The position numbers were made by a program, and so were the translations under genes. From Deltaproteobacteria bacterium (lineage in GTDB: Bacteria; Desulfobacterota; Syntrophobacteria; BM002), in the NCBI GenBank assembly GCA_022340515.1, contig JAJDNT010000261.1:1-62879 (forward strand): a stretch of 62,879 nt of DNA, read 5' to 3'. Numbering within the stretch: the stretch's first letter is position 1; each line of letters starts with the position of its first letter. This document shows, one piece after another, positions 17,260 to 26,381 of the stretch. The notes beneath the pieces are model-generated. The model was not told where the DNA came from. It did no database searches and saw only the letters and a list, made by a program, of their open reading frames with translations.

Positions 17260-18194
17260 CCTTAAAAATGACACCAAAGGCCGTAATAATCGGCTCACTT
17301 GCTATCTTAGCCACAATTACCTTTCTTATGGTCTACTGGCCTTATGCTACCAGAGATGAGACTCCATCCAACATTTTTCGTTTCAGGTCGCCGGAAGAGG
17401 CGGCGGGCAGAGATATCTACATTGCCAATGGTTGCGTTTATTGCCATAGTCAGTCCATTCGCACCATTGATTGGGGCCACGGAGCAGAACGCATCGCCCA
17501 GGCAGGGGACTATGTTGGAGACAGGCCGATCCTTTTAGGATCAGAGAGAACCGGAGTTGACCTCTCCCAAGAGGGGGGAGAGCACCCGGATGACTGGCAC
17601 ATTGCCCATTTCGTCAACCCGCGCTATACGAGGCCTAACTCCATCATGCCGCTTTTTGCCTTTCTAGGAGAAAAAAACCTTCATACCCTCACCCGATATG
17701 TCCAGGGATTGGGTTTCAAAGAGGCGGATCACCGTATGCAGCGGCAGCTCTACTGGAAGCAAGAAGCCATCAAGGCCTACGAGTCTGGTCCGGTGGCCAA
17801 CGTCAAGTGGCTTGCAGACCACGTGCCCGCGGGCTGGCGCCAGGTCCCCAACCCTTATCCAACCACAGAAGCGGGACTGGCCAGAGGGCACATGATTTAC
17901 CAACAGTTCTGCCTCGGCTGCCATGGACCCATCGGAGATGGCATGGGCCCTGCTCAGCCTTATCTCTATCCTCCACCGCTCAACTTTACTATTTTGCACG
18001 GGAGGGAAATTTCAGGCGGCATTCTTTACTACCAGATCATGAACGGCATTACCGGCACTGCCATGCCTTACTTCAAGCGGGAGTTGGAATCTCAGAAGAT
18101 TTGGGAAGTGGGGAACTACGTGGCCGTATACTTCATAAACCAGAGTGATGCCAACCAGGAACCCCGGGGCATTGATTCCTCTTGGGAACCGTAA
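17256..18194 (+). CDS. ccoO: CcoO-like monoheme subunit fused to a second c-type cytochrome domain
   Basis: N-terminal TM helix. The CcoO signature NGCVYCHSQSIR plus a second CLGCHG heme motif in the C-terminal half. Confidence 0.8.
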   Translation: MTLKMTPKAVIIGSLAILATITFLMVYWPYATRDETPSNIFRFRSPEEAAGRDIYIANGCVYCHSQSIRTIDWGHGAERIAQAGDYVGDRPILLGSERTGVDLSQEGGEHPDDWHIAHFVNPRYTRPNSIMPLFAFLGEKNLHTLTRYVQGLGFKEADHRMQRQLYWKQEAIKAYESGPVANVKWLADHVPAGWRQVPNPYPTTEAGLARGHMIYQQFCLGCHGPIGDGMGPAQPYLYPPPLNFTILHGREISGGILYYQIMNGITGTAMPYFKRELESQKIWEVGNYVAVYFINQSDANQEPRGIDSSWEP

Positions 18195-18207
18195 GCAGCT
18201 GGCACAA

Positions 18208-18262
18208 GGCATAGGGCATGGAGCATAGAGTAAGGAGCTAGAAGTCAGAATCCAGGATTAAG
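18208..18262 (+). repeat. Word-stutter dispersed repeat (GGCATAGGGCATGGAGCATAGAGTAAGGAG..AGTCAGAATCCAGG)
   Basis: A near-identical string occurs in reverse complement at 38427-38483, with a related one at 62441-62510. Confidence 0.75.
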
Positions 18263-18348
18263 GAAAAAAGCAGTTAAAATTAGGTTATTCACAACTTCTG
18301 GCTACTGAATTCTTTGATTAGGCATTTTAGACACTTTAGGCATTTCTT

Positions 18349-18609
18349 ATGTATTACCCATACTTTTTGACCTACATGCTAGCGGGTTTTATAATCAGCA
18401 TACTGGTCTTTTTCTGGGCCCTCTACAACCGCCAGTTCAAGGACCAACAAAGGGCCCGCTTTCTCCCCTTGCAGGGAGGGGATCAGGCAGAGCCGGTGAG
18501 AGTTTCCAAGATGAACCGGATTGAGGGCTATGCCCTCCTGGGGCTGGCCTGTCTTGGTTTGCTGACCACTGCTGCGGTCTTGATCTTCGCTCTGGTTAGA
18601 GGCGGCTAG
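18349..18609 (+). CDS. ccoS: CcoS/FixS-like cbb3 oxidase maturation protein (extended)
   Basis: N-terminal TM helix followed by FFWALYNRQFKDQ, matching the CcoS WA..sGQ(F/Y)dD motif. It carries an extra C-terminal TM helix. Confidence 0.65.
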   Translation: MYYPYFLTYMLAGFIISILVFFWALYNRQFKDQQRARFLPLQGGDQAEPVRVSKMNRIEGYALLGLACLGLLTTAAVLIFALVRGG

Positions 18610-18671
18610 TTTAGAGCCTAGGATCGAAGGCAGTGAATCCGTCACCGGCACGGCAATAAAGGAAAATAGGC

Positions 18672-18947
18672 ATGAGATTCTTTGAACTCCTTAGCTTCCA
18701 ACATGTGGTTCTCTACTTGCTCCCGGCTTTCGTCTTTCTGTTCATCTTTGGCACGGCCCTGGCGTACTCTCACTTCAACACCAGGGATTCTGAGGCGAGA
18801 CAAAAGAAAATCTACGGTCAGTACGTGGAGGGCTTCGAAACCAGAAACGGTCCCTTTCCCTTGAATCTTGTCCTTATTATCATTGGAACCATTGTTTGGG
18901 CTTTTCTCTACATTCTCATAATCGGCTTACTGGGAGTGAAAATATAA
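18672..18947 (+). CDS. Hypothetical two-TM membrane protein in the oxidase operon
   Basis: 91 aa with hydrophobic helices at both ends. Tightly spaced with its neighbours. Confidence 0.5.
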   Translation: MRFFELLSFQHVVLYLLPAFVFLFIFGTALAYSHFNTRDSEARQKKIYGQYVEGFETRNGPFPLNLVLIIIGTIVWAFLYILIIGLLGVKI

Positions 18948-18948
18948 A

Positions 18949-19176
18949 ATGGAGCGAATATCCTATAAATCTTCAGCACTTTTCACCTGGATGGTCATTA
19001 TTGGTCTGCTAGTTTTCGTCCTGATAAAGGGGACTTTTTCATTCTTGCTTATCGGTGATCAAGGTCAGCCAACCTGGGATTATCGCCCCGTTAAGGACGT
19101 GCCGGGGGAATCACCTTACGCCATCTATCAGCTAGTTCCCCACACACAACACATTAGAGGGCAAAAAGGGGAATAG
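18949..19176 (+). CDS. Hypothetical single-TM membrane protein in the oxidase operon
   Basis: 75 aa. Starts 1 nt after the previous stop and ends where the next ORF begins. Confidence 0.5.
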   Translation: MERISYKSSALFTWMVIIGLLVFVLIKGTFSFLLIGDQGQPTWDYRPVKDVPGESPYAIYQLVPHTQHIRGQKGE

Positions 19177-19695
19177 GTGAAGAAAGTTCTGGTAATAGTA
19201 GCCGTCTTGTCCGTCGTGCTGGTCGTGGCTCTTCTGGTTTTACAGCACATAGACACTTACGCAGAGTTTTGGCGGATGCGAGAGACTCCCGCGGTCAGAC
19301 CCCATGAGGAGCCACTTCTGCTTATGGAAGATGGAGTGGTACCTGTCTCTGATGGCGAGGCGCTTTTGAGGTTGACCGAGGCAAAGGATCTAAAACCTCC
19401 GTTCAATCTCTACGACTCTAGTGCGATTCAGTCAGGGAAAGAGCTCTACTTTACCTTCTGCGCCCAGTGTCACGGCCAGAAATATGACGGCAATGGCACG
19501 GTAGGTCAGAGTTTTGCCCCCCTTCCCACTGATTTGAGATCTGAAAAGGTCCAGTCAATGTCGGCGGGAAATCTTTTCAAAGACATTAGTTTCGGCCTCC
19601 CAAAGGGCAGACAGCCGCCTCTGGCCACCACCATCAATATTACAGACCGGTGGCGAATCATCGCCTTTGTAAAGTCTCTCGGTCTGCGCGAGTGA
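19177..19695 (+). CDS. Membrane-anchored monoheme class I cytochrome c (possible ActE-like electron carrier)
   Basis: GTG start. N-terminal TM helix and a single CAQCHG heme motif. Confidence 0.7.
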   Translation: MKKVLVIVAVLSVVLVVALLVLQHIDTYAEFWRMRETPAVRPHEEPLLLMEDGVVPVSDGEALLRLTEAKDLKPPFNLYDSSAIQSGKELYFTFCAQCHGQKYDGNGTVGQSFAPLPTDLRSEKVQSMSAGNLFKDISFGLPKGRQPPLATTINITDRWRIIAFVKSLGLRE

Positions 19696-19696
19696 T

Positions 19697-22180
19697 ATGA
19701 ACAAGCCCGCCGAATCCTGCGATCTCTGCGGCCTTCCTCTCCGTTACCAGAAAGTTACCGCGCATATCTCAGGCAAAACCTTCTGCTTCTGTTGCATGGG
19801 ATGTAAACAGGTGTTCTATATGCTCATGGAATCATCCCATACAGCTGACCCAGACTCATTCCGAGAGACAGAGTTATTCAAAAAATGCCAAGAGATTGGC
19901 ATTATTCCCAAGTCAGAAACTGAGTTGGCAGAGAGGACCGGAACCCCAGAGGCGGTGACTACCGCCCCTTCCGCTACTAGTCCGGCCCAGGAGCTACCGA
20001 AGCAAAAAGACCCTTACAACGAGACCTATCTTAGTTTAAACCTTCATGTCCATCAAATGTGGTGCCCCGCCTGCGCCTGGGTTATTGAAGAGACCCTTAA
20101 AAAAAGTCCTGGAATTGGTTCAGCATCATGTAATTTCGCCACTGACAGAGTGAGGTGTGATTACAGTCCGGTTATCACTTCGCCACAGGAAATCATTGCT
20201 TCCATAAATGACCTTGGCTATGAGGCCTCCTTGCCAAGCGAAGGCAGGGAAGATAAGGATCGAAAAGCAGAGCTTATCCGGTTTGTCGTCTCAGCATTCC
20301 TCACCATGAATGTAATGATGTTGTCATTTGCCTTGTATTCGGGGTTTTTCACTGAACTCAGCAGGGACAATGTTTACAAGCTTTCCTGGCCTATCTTTGT
20401 CATGGCCAGCGTCGTTATCTTTTACGGTGGTAGCAACATTTATCGCCGGGCCTTGGCCGGAATATCCGCCGCCGGTTTCAGCATGGAAACGCTTATAACA
20501 GCGGGTGCCTTCAGTGCTTATTTCTACAGCATCTACGGACTGTTGAGTGCAAGTATTCACCTTTATTTTGACACCTCTTCAATGCTTATCACCCTGGTCC
20601 TTCTGGGAAAACTCCTCGAGAGAAGGGCCAAGGATGAGGTCCAAGAGGACCTGGCGAATTTCTTTGCCCTCCGCCCCACCAAAGTAAGAATCTGCTCTGA
20701 GATCTACCCGGAGGGTCGCTACGTGGACTATCAGCACCTGAGAAAAGGAGACACCTTTAGGGTGGAAGAAAACGAGATCCTCCCTGCCGACGGCCTCATA
20801 TTGGGCGGAGAAGGTAGCGTGGATGAGTCGTCCCTCACAGGTGAACCACTGCCTGTGGTTAAAAAAGCTGGAGACAGAATAAAAAGCGGCAGCAGAGTCA
20901 TTCAGGGGATTTTCACCATCAAGGCTGAAGGGGTAGGAGCGGACTCGGTGGTGGGGCAGATGATTACCATTATGGAGCAGGCCTTGGGGAAAAAGACACC
21001 CTTCGAGGGTAAGGCTGAGCGTGCTTTGCAGTGGTTTGTACCCATCGTCCTAGCCTTAGCTGGCGGAACCGGTTTGGTCTGCCTGTTTTTTGGTCATACT
21101 CTCGAGGAAGCCCTGATCCGGGCGGTGACGGTCACGGTTATTTCCTGCCCTTGCACCCTGGGTATTGCTATTCCCATGGCCCGGGTGGCGGGCATCTCTC
21201 TGGCAGGCAGGAAGGGAATTCTAGTCAGAGACTTCACCTCCTTCGAACAGGCAGGAAGGTTGGACGTTTTCGTCCTGGATAAAACCGGAACAGTTACCAT
21301 GGGTCAATGGTCACTCCTGAAAATTCTTCCAGTTGGATCTCTTTCTGAGAAAGAATTATTGGGATTGGCTGCATCCCTGGAAAAGGAGTCTGATCATCTG
21401 ATCGCAGCAGAGATCATCAGGGAAGCAGCAAAACATCGAGCCGAACTGGTGACCCTGCAAGGAGTGGAAGTATGTGAAAATGGAATTTCAGCGGTCTTGG
21501 AAGGAAAGAAGATCAGAATAGGTTCCCGAGGATTTCTCGCTGACGAAATTGGCAGAAGCTCCGCACTCTCCTTACTGGAGAACCAACCTGAACACTCCCT
21601 GGTTTTCATGAGTCTGGCCGGTGAGGTCTGTGGTGTTTTTATCTTTGGTGATGAGATAAAGCCTACCACCACCCAGACAGTTAAGACTTTACAGGAAGCC
21701 GGATATCAGGTTGCCCTGATTTCCGGCGATGACAACCTGACCACCAAAACAATTGCTGCTGAGATGGGAATAGACGAGGCCCTAGGAGGGAGACTTCCCC
21801 AAGAGAAGGCAAACTATATTGCTGCCCTGCAGGCACGAGGTTGCCAGGTTGCCATGGTTGGAGACGGCATAAATGATGCCCCTGCCATGGTACAGGCTGA
21901 TTTGGCCATAGCGGTTCATTCGGGCAGCCATTTGGGCAAAGAGGCGGCAGATCTCACTTTGATGCGGGGGGATCCCTTGCAGATATGCGACTTTATCTAC
22001 TTGGCCAAAAGGGTTAAAAATAAGGTCAATCAAAACCTTGGTTGCTCTTTCCTCTACAATCTGGTTAGCATCCCCATTGCCATGAGCGGATTGCTCACTC
22101 CTCTGATAGCAGTCTCTGCCATGCTATTGAGCAGTTTGAGCGTTATCGGCAATACCCTCTTGCTTCTCAGAAAGGACTAA
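19697..22180 (+). CDS. ccoI: Copper-translocating P1B-type ATPase (CcoI/FixI-like)
   Basis: N-terminal Cys-rich domain (CDLCGLP...CCMGCKQ), HMA motif CPACAW, transmembrane CPC (SCPCTLG), DKTGT phosphorylation site and GDGINDAP. Confidence 0.85.
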   Translation: MNKPAESCDLCGLPLRYQKVTAHISGKTFCFCCMGCKQVFYMLMESSHTADPDSFRETELFKKCQEIGIIPKSETELAERTGTPEAVTTAPSATSPAQELPKQKDPYNETYLSLNLHVHQMWCPACAWVIEETLKKSPGIGSASCNFATDRVRCDYSPVITSPQEIIASINDLGYEASLPSEGREDKDRKAELIRFVVSAFLTMNVMMLSFALYSGFFTELSRDNVYKLSWPIFVMASVVIFYGGSNIYRRALAGISAAGFSMETLITAGAFSAYFYSIYGLLSASIHLYFDTSSMLITLVLLGKLLERRAKDEVQEDLANFFALRPTKVRICSEIYPEGRYVDYQHLRKGDTFRVEENEILPADGLILGGEGSVDESSLTGEPLPVVKKAGDRIKSGSRVIQGIFTIKAEGVGADSVVGQMITIMEQALGKKTPFEGKAERALQWFVPIVLALAGGTGLVCLFFGHTLEEALIRAVTVTVISCPCTLGIAIPMARVAGISLAGRKGILVRDFTSFEQAGRLDVFVLDKTGTVTMGQWSLLKILPVGSLSEKELLGLAASLEKESDHLIAAEIIREAAKHRAELVTLQGVEVCENGISAVLEGKKIRIGSRGFLADEIGRSSALSLLENQPEHSLVFMSLAGEVCGVFIFGDEIKPTTTQTVKTLQEAGYQVALISGDDNLTTKTIAAEMGIDEALGGRLPQEKANYIAALQARGCQVAMVGDGINDAPAMVQADLAIAVHSGSHLGKEAADLTLMRGDPLQICDFIYLAKRVKNKVNQNLGCSFLYNLVSIPIAMSGLLTPLIAVSAMLLSSLSVIGNTLLLLRKD

Positions 22181-22392
22181 CCCTTCTTGGCAGTTGTCCG
22201 TTGCCCATGGGGCCCGAAGCCCCTTGTCCAAGGGAATATTAGCCATTACACTATATAGAATTAGGTTGCTGCCCCTTCTATTTTGACAATTTTGATCTTG
22301 ATGTTTAATTTTTTTTAATTTTCGACTTAGTTAATAAGATTATTTTTAAAGAGGGGTTCAGGAAAATCATTTGGAGTGAAAAGGAGAGACCT

Positions 22393-23571
22393 ATGGAGAC
22401 AGGTATGGACATCAGGAATATCGGGCTTCGGGGCGTCGTTGTGGCCAGCACTAATATTGGTGATGTAGATGGCTCTGTTGGACGATTGATTTATAGAGGT
22501 TATTTGATTAAGGACTTGGCTGCCAAAGCCTCCTTCGAAGAGGTTGTTCACCTCCTCTTAAATGAGATTCTACCTGATCGAGATCAACTCCGAGTTTTCT
22601 CGGCCCAGCTCGCAGCGGAGCGAGCAGTGCCCGCCGAACTGATTGCTGCACTCAAAACAAGGCCTAAAAACGCTCTGCCCATGGATGTTCTGCAAGCCTG
22701 TGTCTCCATGCTTGCCCATCATGATCCTGAGGTTGATAGTCCTTCCAGAGAAGCAGCTCATCGCAAAGCCATCCGATTGGTTGCCAAACTGGCCACCGTT
22801 GTCGCCGCCTGGGAACGCATCCGTAATGGCCAGGAACCCATAGATCCTGATCCCAATCTAAGCCATGCCGCAAACTTTCTTTACATGATGAAAGGTGAAG
22901 TGCCTGACGAGGATATAGCCGGTTTTTTTGACGCTGCCTTGGTGATGCACGCGGAGCATGGTTTCAATGCCTCCACCTTTGCTGCTCGAGAAATTGCCTC
23001 TACCCGGGCCCACATCTACGCTGCTGTAGCCGGAGCTGTTGGTTCCCTGTCAGGTGAATTGCACGGTGGTGCCAACACCCGGGTGATGGAAATGCTACTG
23101 GAGATCGGCTCACCTGACCGGGTAGAAAGCTACGTCAAAGAAAAGTTTGACCAGGGCCAGAGAATCATGGGCTTGGGACATGCCGTCTACAAGGTGGATG
23201 ATCCCCGGGCCTTGATTCTGGCTCCAATGTCTAAGGTAGTGGGAGAACGCTTTGGCGATACCAAATGGTATGAGATGTCAGCTCTCTTGGAAAAAGTCGC
23301 CAAAGAAGAATTCAAGAAACGCAAGGGTAGGGACATATTCACCAATGTGGATTTTTATAGTGCTTCACTTTATTACATGATGGGCATTCCCATGGATCAA
23401 TTTACTCCCATTTTTGCCATCGCCAGGGTCGCCGGCTGGACTGCCCATATAATTGAAGAGCAGTTTGCTGAAGCGTCGCCAAAGCCGATGCTCTATCGCC
23501 CAGAATCCGACTATGTGGGAGAATATTGCGGTCCCGAGGTCTGCGAGTTTGTCCCCCTCGACAGTCGCTAA
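22393..23571 (+). CDS. gltA: Citrate synthase
   Basis: GLRGVVV, HAEHGFNASTF, GELHGGAN and GHAVYK motifs. Confidence 0.85.
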   Translation: METGMDIRNIGLRGVVVASTNIGDVDGSVGRLIYRGYLIKDLAAKASFEEVVHLLLNEILPDRDQLRVFSAQLAAERAVPAELIAALKTRPKNALPMDVLQACVSMLAHHDPEVDSPSREAAHRKAIRLVAKLATVVAAWERIRNGQEPIDPDPNLSHAANFLYMMKGEVPDEDIAGFFDAALVMHAEHGFNASTFAAREIASTRAHIYAAVAGAVGSLSGELHGGANTRVMEMLLEIGSPDRVESYVKEKFDQGQRIMGLGHAVYKVDDPRALILAPMSKVVGERFGDTKWYEMSALLEKVAKEEFKKRKGRDIFTNVDFYSASLYYMMGIPMDQFTPIFAIARVAGWTAHIIEEQFAEASPKPMLYRPESDYVGEYCGPEVCEFVPLDSR

Positions 23572-23595
23572 GGGTGGCAGATCTCTGTAAACTTT

Positions 23596-24546
23596 GTGAG
23601 AAATAAAGTCGAACATGCCGGTGAAACACGAGGAATAGTGGTGCGAGATAAAGCTGAAGCAATGGTCTTAGCCTCTTTTGCTGCTGACTCCCTGGCCTTG
23701 GGCGTGCACTGGATTTATCACGCCCAGCAAATTTCCAACCAGCATGGCCGGGTAGAGAAGTTTATCAAACCTAGAGAAGGTTCTTACCATCCCACCAAAG
23801 AAAAGGGAGAATTCACCCACTACGGCGATCAGCAATTGGTCTTGCTGGAATCCGTCGCCGCCAAAGGAGGTTTTGATCTCAACGATTTCTCCGAGCGCTG
23901 GCAAAGATTTTTTCGAGACTACGATGGTTATTTTGATGGGGCTACCAAGAAAACCCTGGCCAACTTTTCACAAGGTAAGGGTCCCCAGGATTCCGGCTCC
24001 CCCTCCAACGATTTGGCCGGTGCTGCCAGGATCGCACCCCTGGCTTTCTGTTATAGGGACAACCTGGATGAACTGGTCAGGGCTGCACGAGCACAGACCA
24101 GGATGACCCATGCTGACCCTCTCAGTGTCCACTCTGCCGAGTTCTTAGCTAGGGTTACCTGGAAGACTCTAAATGGCGCTTCTCCTTCAGAGGCAATTAC
24201 TGAGGTGGCTGAGAAGAATTACTCTGACACTGTTTTTACTGAGTGGATCCAACAGGGCTTCCAGTCAAAGGACATGGAAACAGTATCTGCCATAAGTAGG
24301 TTCGGGCTGACCTGTCACACCCCGGATGCCTTCCCTGGTGTCATCCACCTTGTTGCCAAGTATGAAAAAGATCTGAAAGAGGCTTTGGTCCAGGCCGTCA
24401 TGGCCGGCGGTGACAACGCCGCCAGGGGGATGGCGGTTGGCATGATTGTCGGGGCCCATTTGGGTAAAGAACACTTTCCTGAACAATGGCTAACGGAGCT
24501 GAGGAAAGGTGGGGAGATTAGGAACCTTCTCATCCAAATCGGCTAA
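23596..24546 (+). CDS. ADP-ribosylglycohydrolase-family protein
   Basis: N-terminal helix (LASFAADSLALGVHW) and a C-terminal GGDNAARG motif typical of ARH/DraG-like enzymes. The start (GTG 23596 or ATG 23662) is uncertain. Confidence 0.6.
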   Translation: MRNKVEHAGETRGIVVRDKAEAMVLASFAADSLALGVHWIYHAQQISNQHGRVEKFIKPREGSYHPTKEKGEFTHYGDQQLVLLESVAAKGGFDLNDFSERWQRFFRDYDGYFDGATKKTLANFSQGKGPQDSGSPSNDLAGAARIAPLAFCYRDNLDELVRAARAQTRMTHADPLSVHSAEFLARVTWKTLNGASPSEAITEVAEKNYSDTVFTEWIQQGFQSKDMETVSAISRFGLTCHTPDAFPGVIHLVAKYEKDLKEALVQAVMAGGDNAARGMAVGMIVGAHLGKEHFPEQWLTELRKGGEIRNLLIQIG

Positions 24547-24558
24547 TTGAGGTCTCCT

Positions 24559-25416
24559 ATGAAGCTCTTCCGGCTCCCGGTCATCTTCTCTTTTCTCATC
24601 CTGTTCTCTCTACTATTGGTTTTTTGCAGCCATGCTCCCCTTTCCCATCGAATCCTTAGGGTAGCAGACGGCCAGATAGTATCCCTTACGGATATAGTCA
24701 AAGATCTCGCCCAATCCCGACTGGTTTTCGTCGGCGAGTTGCACACCTCTCAAAGCCACCATCAAGCACAACTGGAGACAATTCGCGCTCTCAAAAAAGC
24801 AGGGGCTCCCGTAGCCATCGGCTTTGAGATGTTCAGGCGCGACAGCCAACCGGATCTTGACCGCTGGGTCAAGGGGGAGTTGCGGCAAAAAGAATTTGAG
24901 CAGATCTATTACGAGAACTGGAATTATTCCTACTCCTTGTACAAAGACATATTTCTCTATGCCAGAGATCACAAGATCCCCTTGCTTGGGCTCAACGTTG
25001 CGCCCGAGGTAACCAAACAGGTTGCCCGTGAGGGCTTCGATTCCCTCACCCCGGAACAACGTGGCGACCTGCCCATGGTGACCTGCCGGGTGGACCGCGA
25101 ATATTTAGCCTTCATCCGACGGTCCCTTGCCATGCATGGCCACGGTGGTTTGGATTTCACTAGGTTTTGTGAAGCTCAGTTGGTCTGGGATACGGCCATG
25201 GCCTGGACTCTGCTTCGCTATTTGGAAAAGAATCCGGAATCCACCGTGGTGGTGATAGCCGGCAGTGGCCATTCCTGGAAAAAAGGGATTCCCGCACAAA
25301 TTCGCAGCAGAGCTGAACTGCCATTTCGAGTAATTCTTCCTGAGGTTCCAGGCAGAGTAGAGCAAAACAATGTCGCTCTAAGCGAAGCAGACTATTTGTG
25401 GTTGGGGCTTGAATAA
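24559..25416 (+). CDS. ChaN-like (TIKI/erythromycin-esterase superfamily) lipoprotein
   Basis: Signal/lipobox (LLLVFC) and the LVFVGELHTSQSHH motif characteristic of ChaN heme-binding lipoproteins. Confidence 0.6.
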   Translation: MKLFRLPVIFSFLILFSLLLVFCSHAPLSHRILRVADGQIVSLTDIVKDLAQSRLVFVGELHTSQSHHQAQLETIRALKKAGAPVAIGFEMFRRDSQPDLDRWVKGELRQKEFEQIYYENWNYSYSLYKDIFLYARDHKIPLLGLNVAPEVTKQVAREGFDSLTPEQRGDLPMVTCRVDREYLAFIRRSLAMHGHGGLDFTRFCEAQLVWDTAMAWTLLRYLEKNPESTVVVIAGSGHSWKKGIPAQIRSRAELPFRVILPEVPGRVEQNNVALSEADYLWLGLE

Positions 25417-25420
25417 AAGA

Positions 25421-25456
25421 CTGGAGTGTTGGAGTATTGGAGTGCTGGAGTACTGG
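25421..25456. repeat. Tandem 8-mer repeat (YTGGAGTR, 4 units)
   Basis: CTGGAGTG TTGGAGTA TTGGAGTG CTGGAGTA CTGG, in the spacer between the ChaN-like and HAD genes. Confidence 0.8.
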
Positions 25457-25489
25457 CCTAGAGAGCCATATAGCAAAAGGTTCGCTGAG

Positions 25490-26182
25490 ATGGAACATGT
25501 TTTTGTTCTCTTCGATATCGATGGTACCCTCATTAGTCTGGACGGTGCTGGAAGTCGATCTTTGAACCGGGCCATGGAAGATTTGCTGGGTATCCCAAAC
25601 GGATTCCGCCACATTGACTTTGCCGGAAAGACCGATTTCCAAATTATCCGCGAGGGGTTGCAAAAGTTCGATCTTCTGGATCGGGATGACTTACCTGATT
25701 CTCTCCTGGCCCGCTATTTAGATCATCTCCGTAATGAGGTGACTATGGGCAGGGGACATGTAAAAGAGGGGGTAAATGAACTTCTCCACACTGTCAGGGG
25801 ATTAAAGGGTTTTTACCTCGGGCTACTAACGGGAAACGTTGAGGCTGGGGCAAGGCTAAAGTTGGATACCTTCGATCTTAATCACTTCTTCCCTGTGGGA
25901 GGTTTTGGAGACGACAGTGAAGACAGGAATCTTCTTTTGCCCTTTGCAGTTAAAAGGCTTCTGGACTCAGAATCCATCGCTTTGGAATATGAGCAGTGTG
26001 TGGTCATCGGCGATACCCCGAAGGATGTTGAGTGCGCCCAGGTCCACGGAGCCTGTTCTATTGCAGTGGCCACCGGCACTCATTCTCTGGAGCAGCTCAA
26101 GAATACCACCGCTGACCTGGTGCTTTCCGACCTTTCTAACACAGAGCATATTGTAGAATGGCTTTGCCGCAGAGCAGGCTAA
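25490..26182 (+). CDS. HAD-superfamily hydrolase (phosphoglycolate-phosphatase-like)
   Basis: Motif I FDIDGTL directly after the Met at 25490, and motif IV GDTPKD. The upstream part of the listed ORF is repeat DNA. Confidence 0.75.
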   Translation: MEHVFVLFDIDGTLISLDGAGSRSLNRAMEDLLGIPNGFRHIDFAGKTDFQIIREGLQKFDLLDRDDLPDSLLARYLDHLRNEVTMGRGHVKEGVNELLHTVRGLKGFYLGLLTGNVEAGARLKLDTFDLNHFFPVGGFGDDSEDRNLLLPFAVKRLLDSESIALEYEQCVVIGDTPKDVECAQVHGACSIAVATGTHSLEQLKNTTADLVLSDLSNTEHIVEWLCRRAG

Positions 26183-26254
26183 GAGACGAATAGGAGAGGG
26201 GCTGCCTCCCAAGCCGACTTGCCTTTTGCTGCCCCCGTGCTTATCAAATTGGAG

Positions 26255-26327
26255 ATTGCAGATTGAAGATTTTGGATTTCTGAACCCTGTTTTTCGCATG
26301 TGCCTTGATCAATCTGCAATCTTCAAT
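26255..26327. repeat. Heptamer-built inverted repeat (ATTGCAG ATTGAAG ATT ... AATCTGC AATCTTC AAT)
   Basis: 17-nt arms at 26255-26271 and 26311-26327, complementary at 15 of 17 positions. Confidence 0.65.
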
Positions 26328-26381
26328 TTAAAATTATAAATAGAGGCTGGGTAATGCCCACAGTTCGTGAGAATTGGTCAA

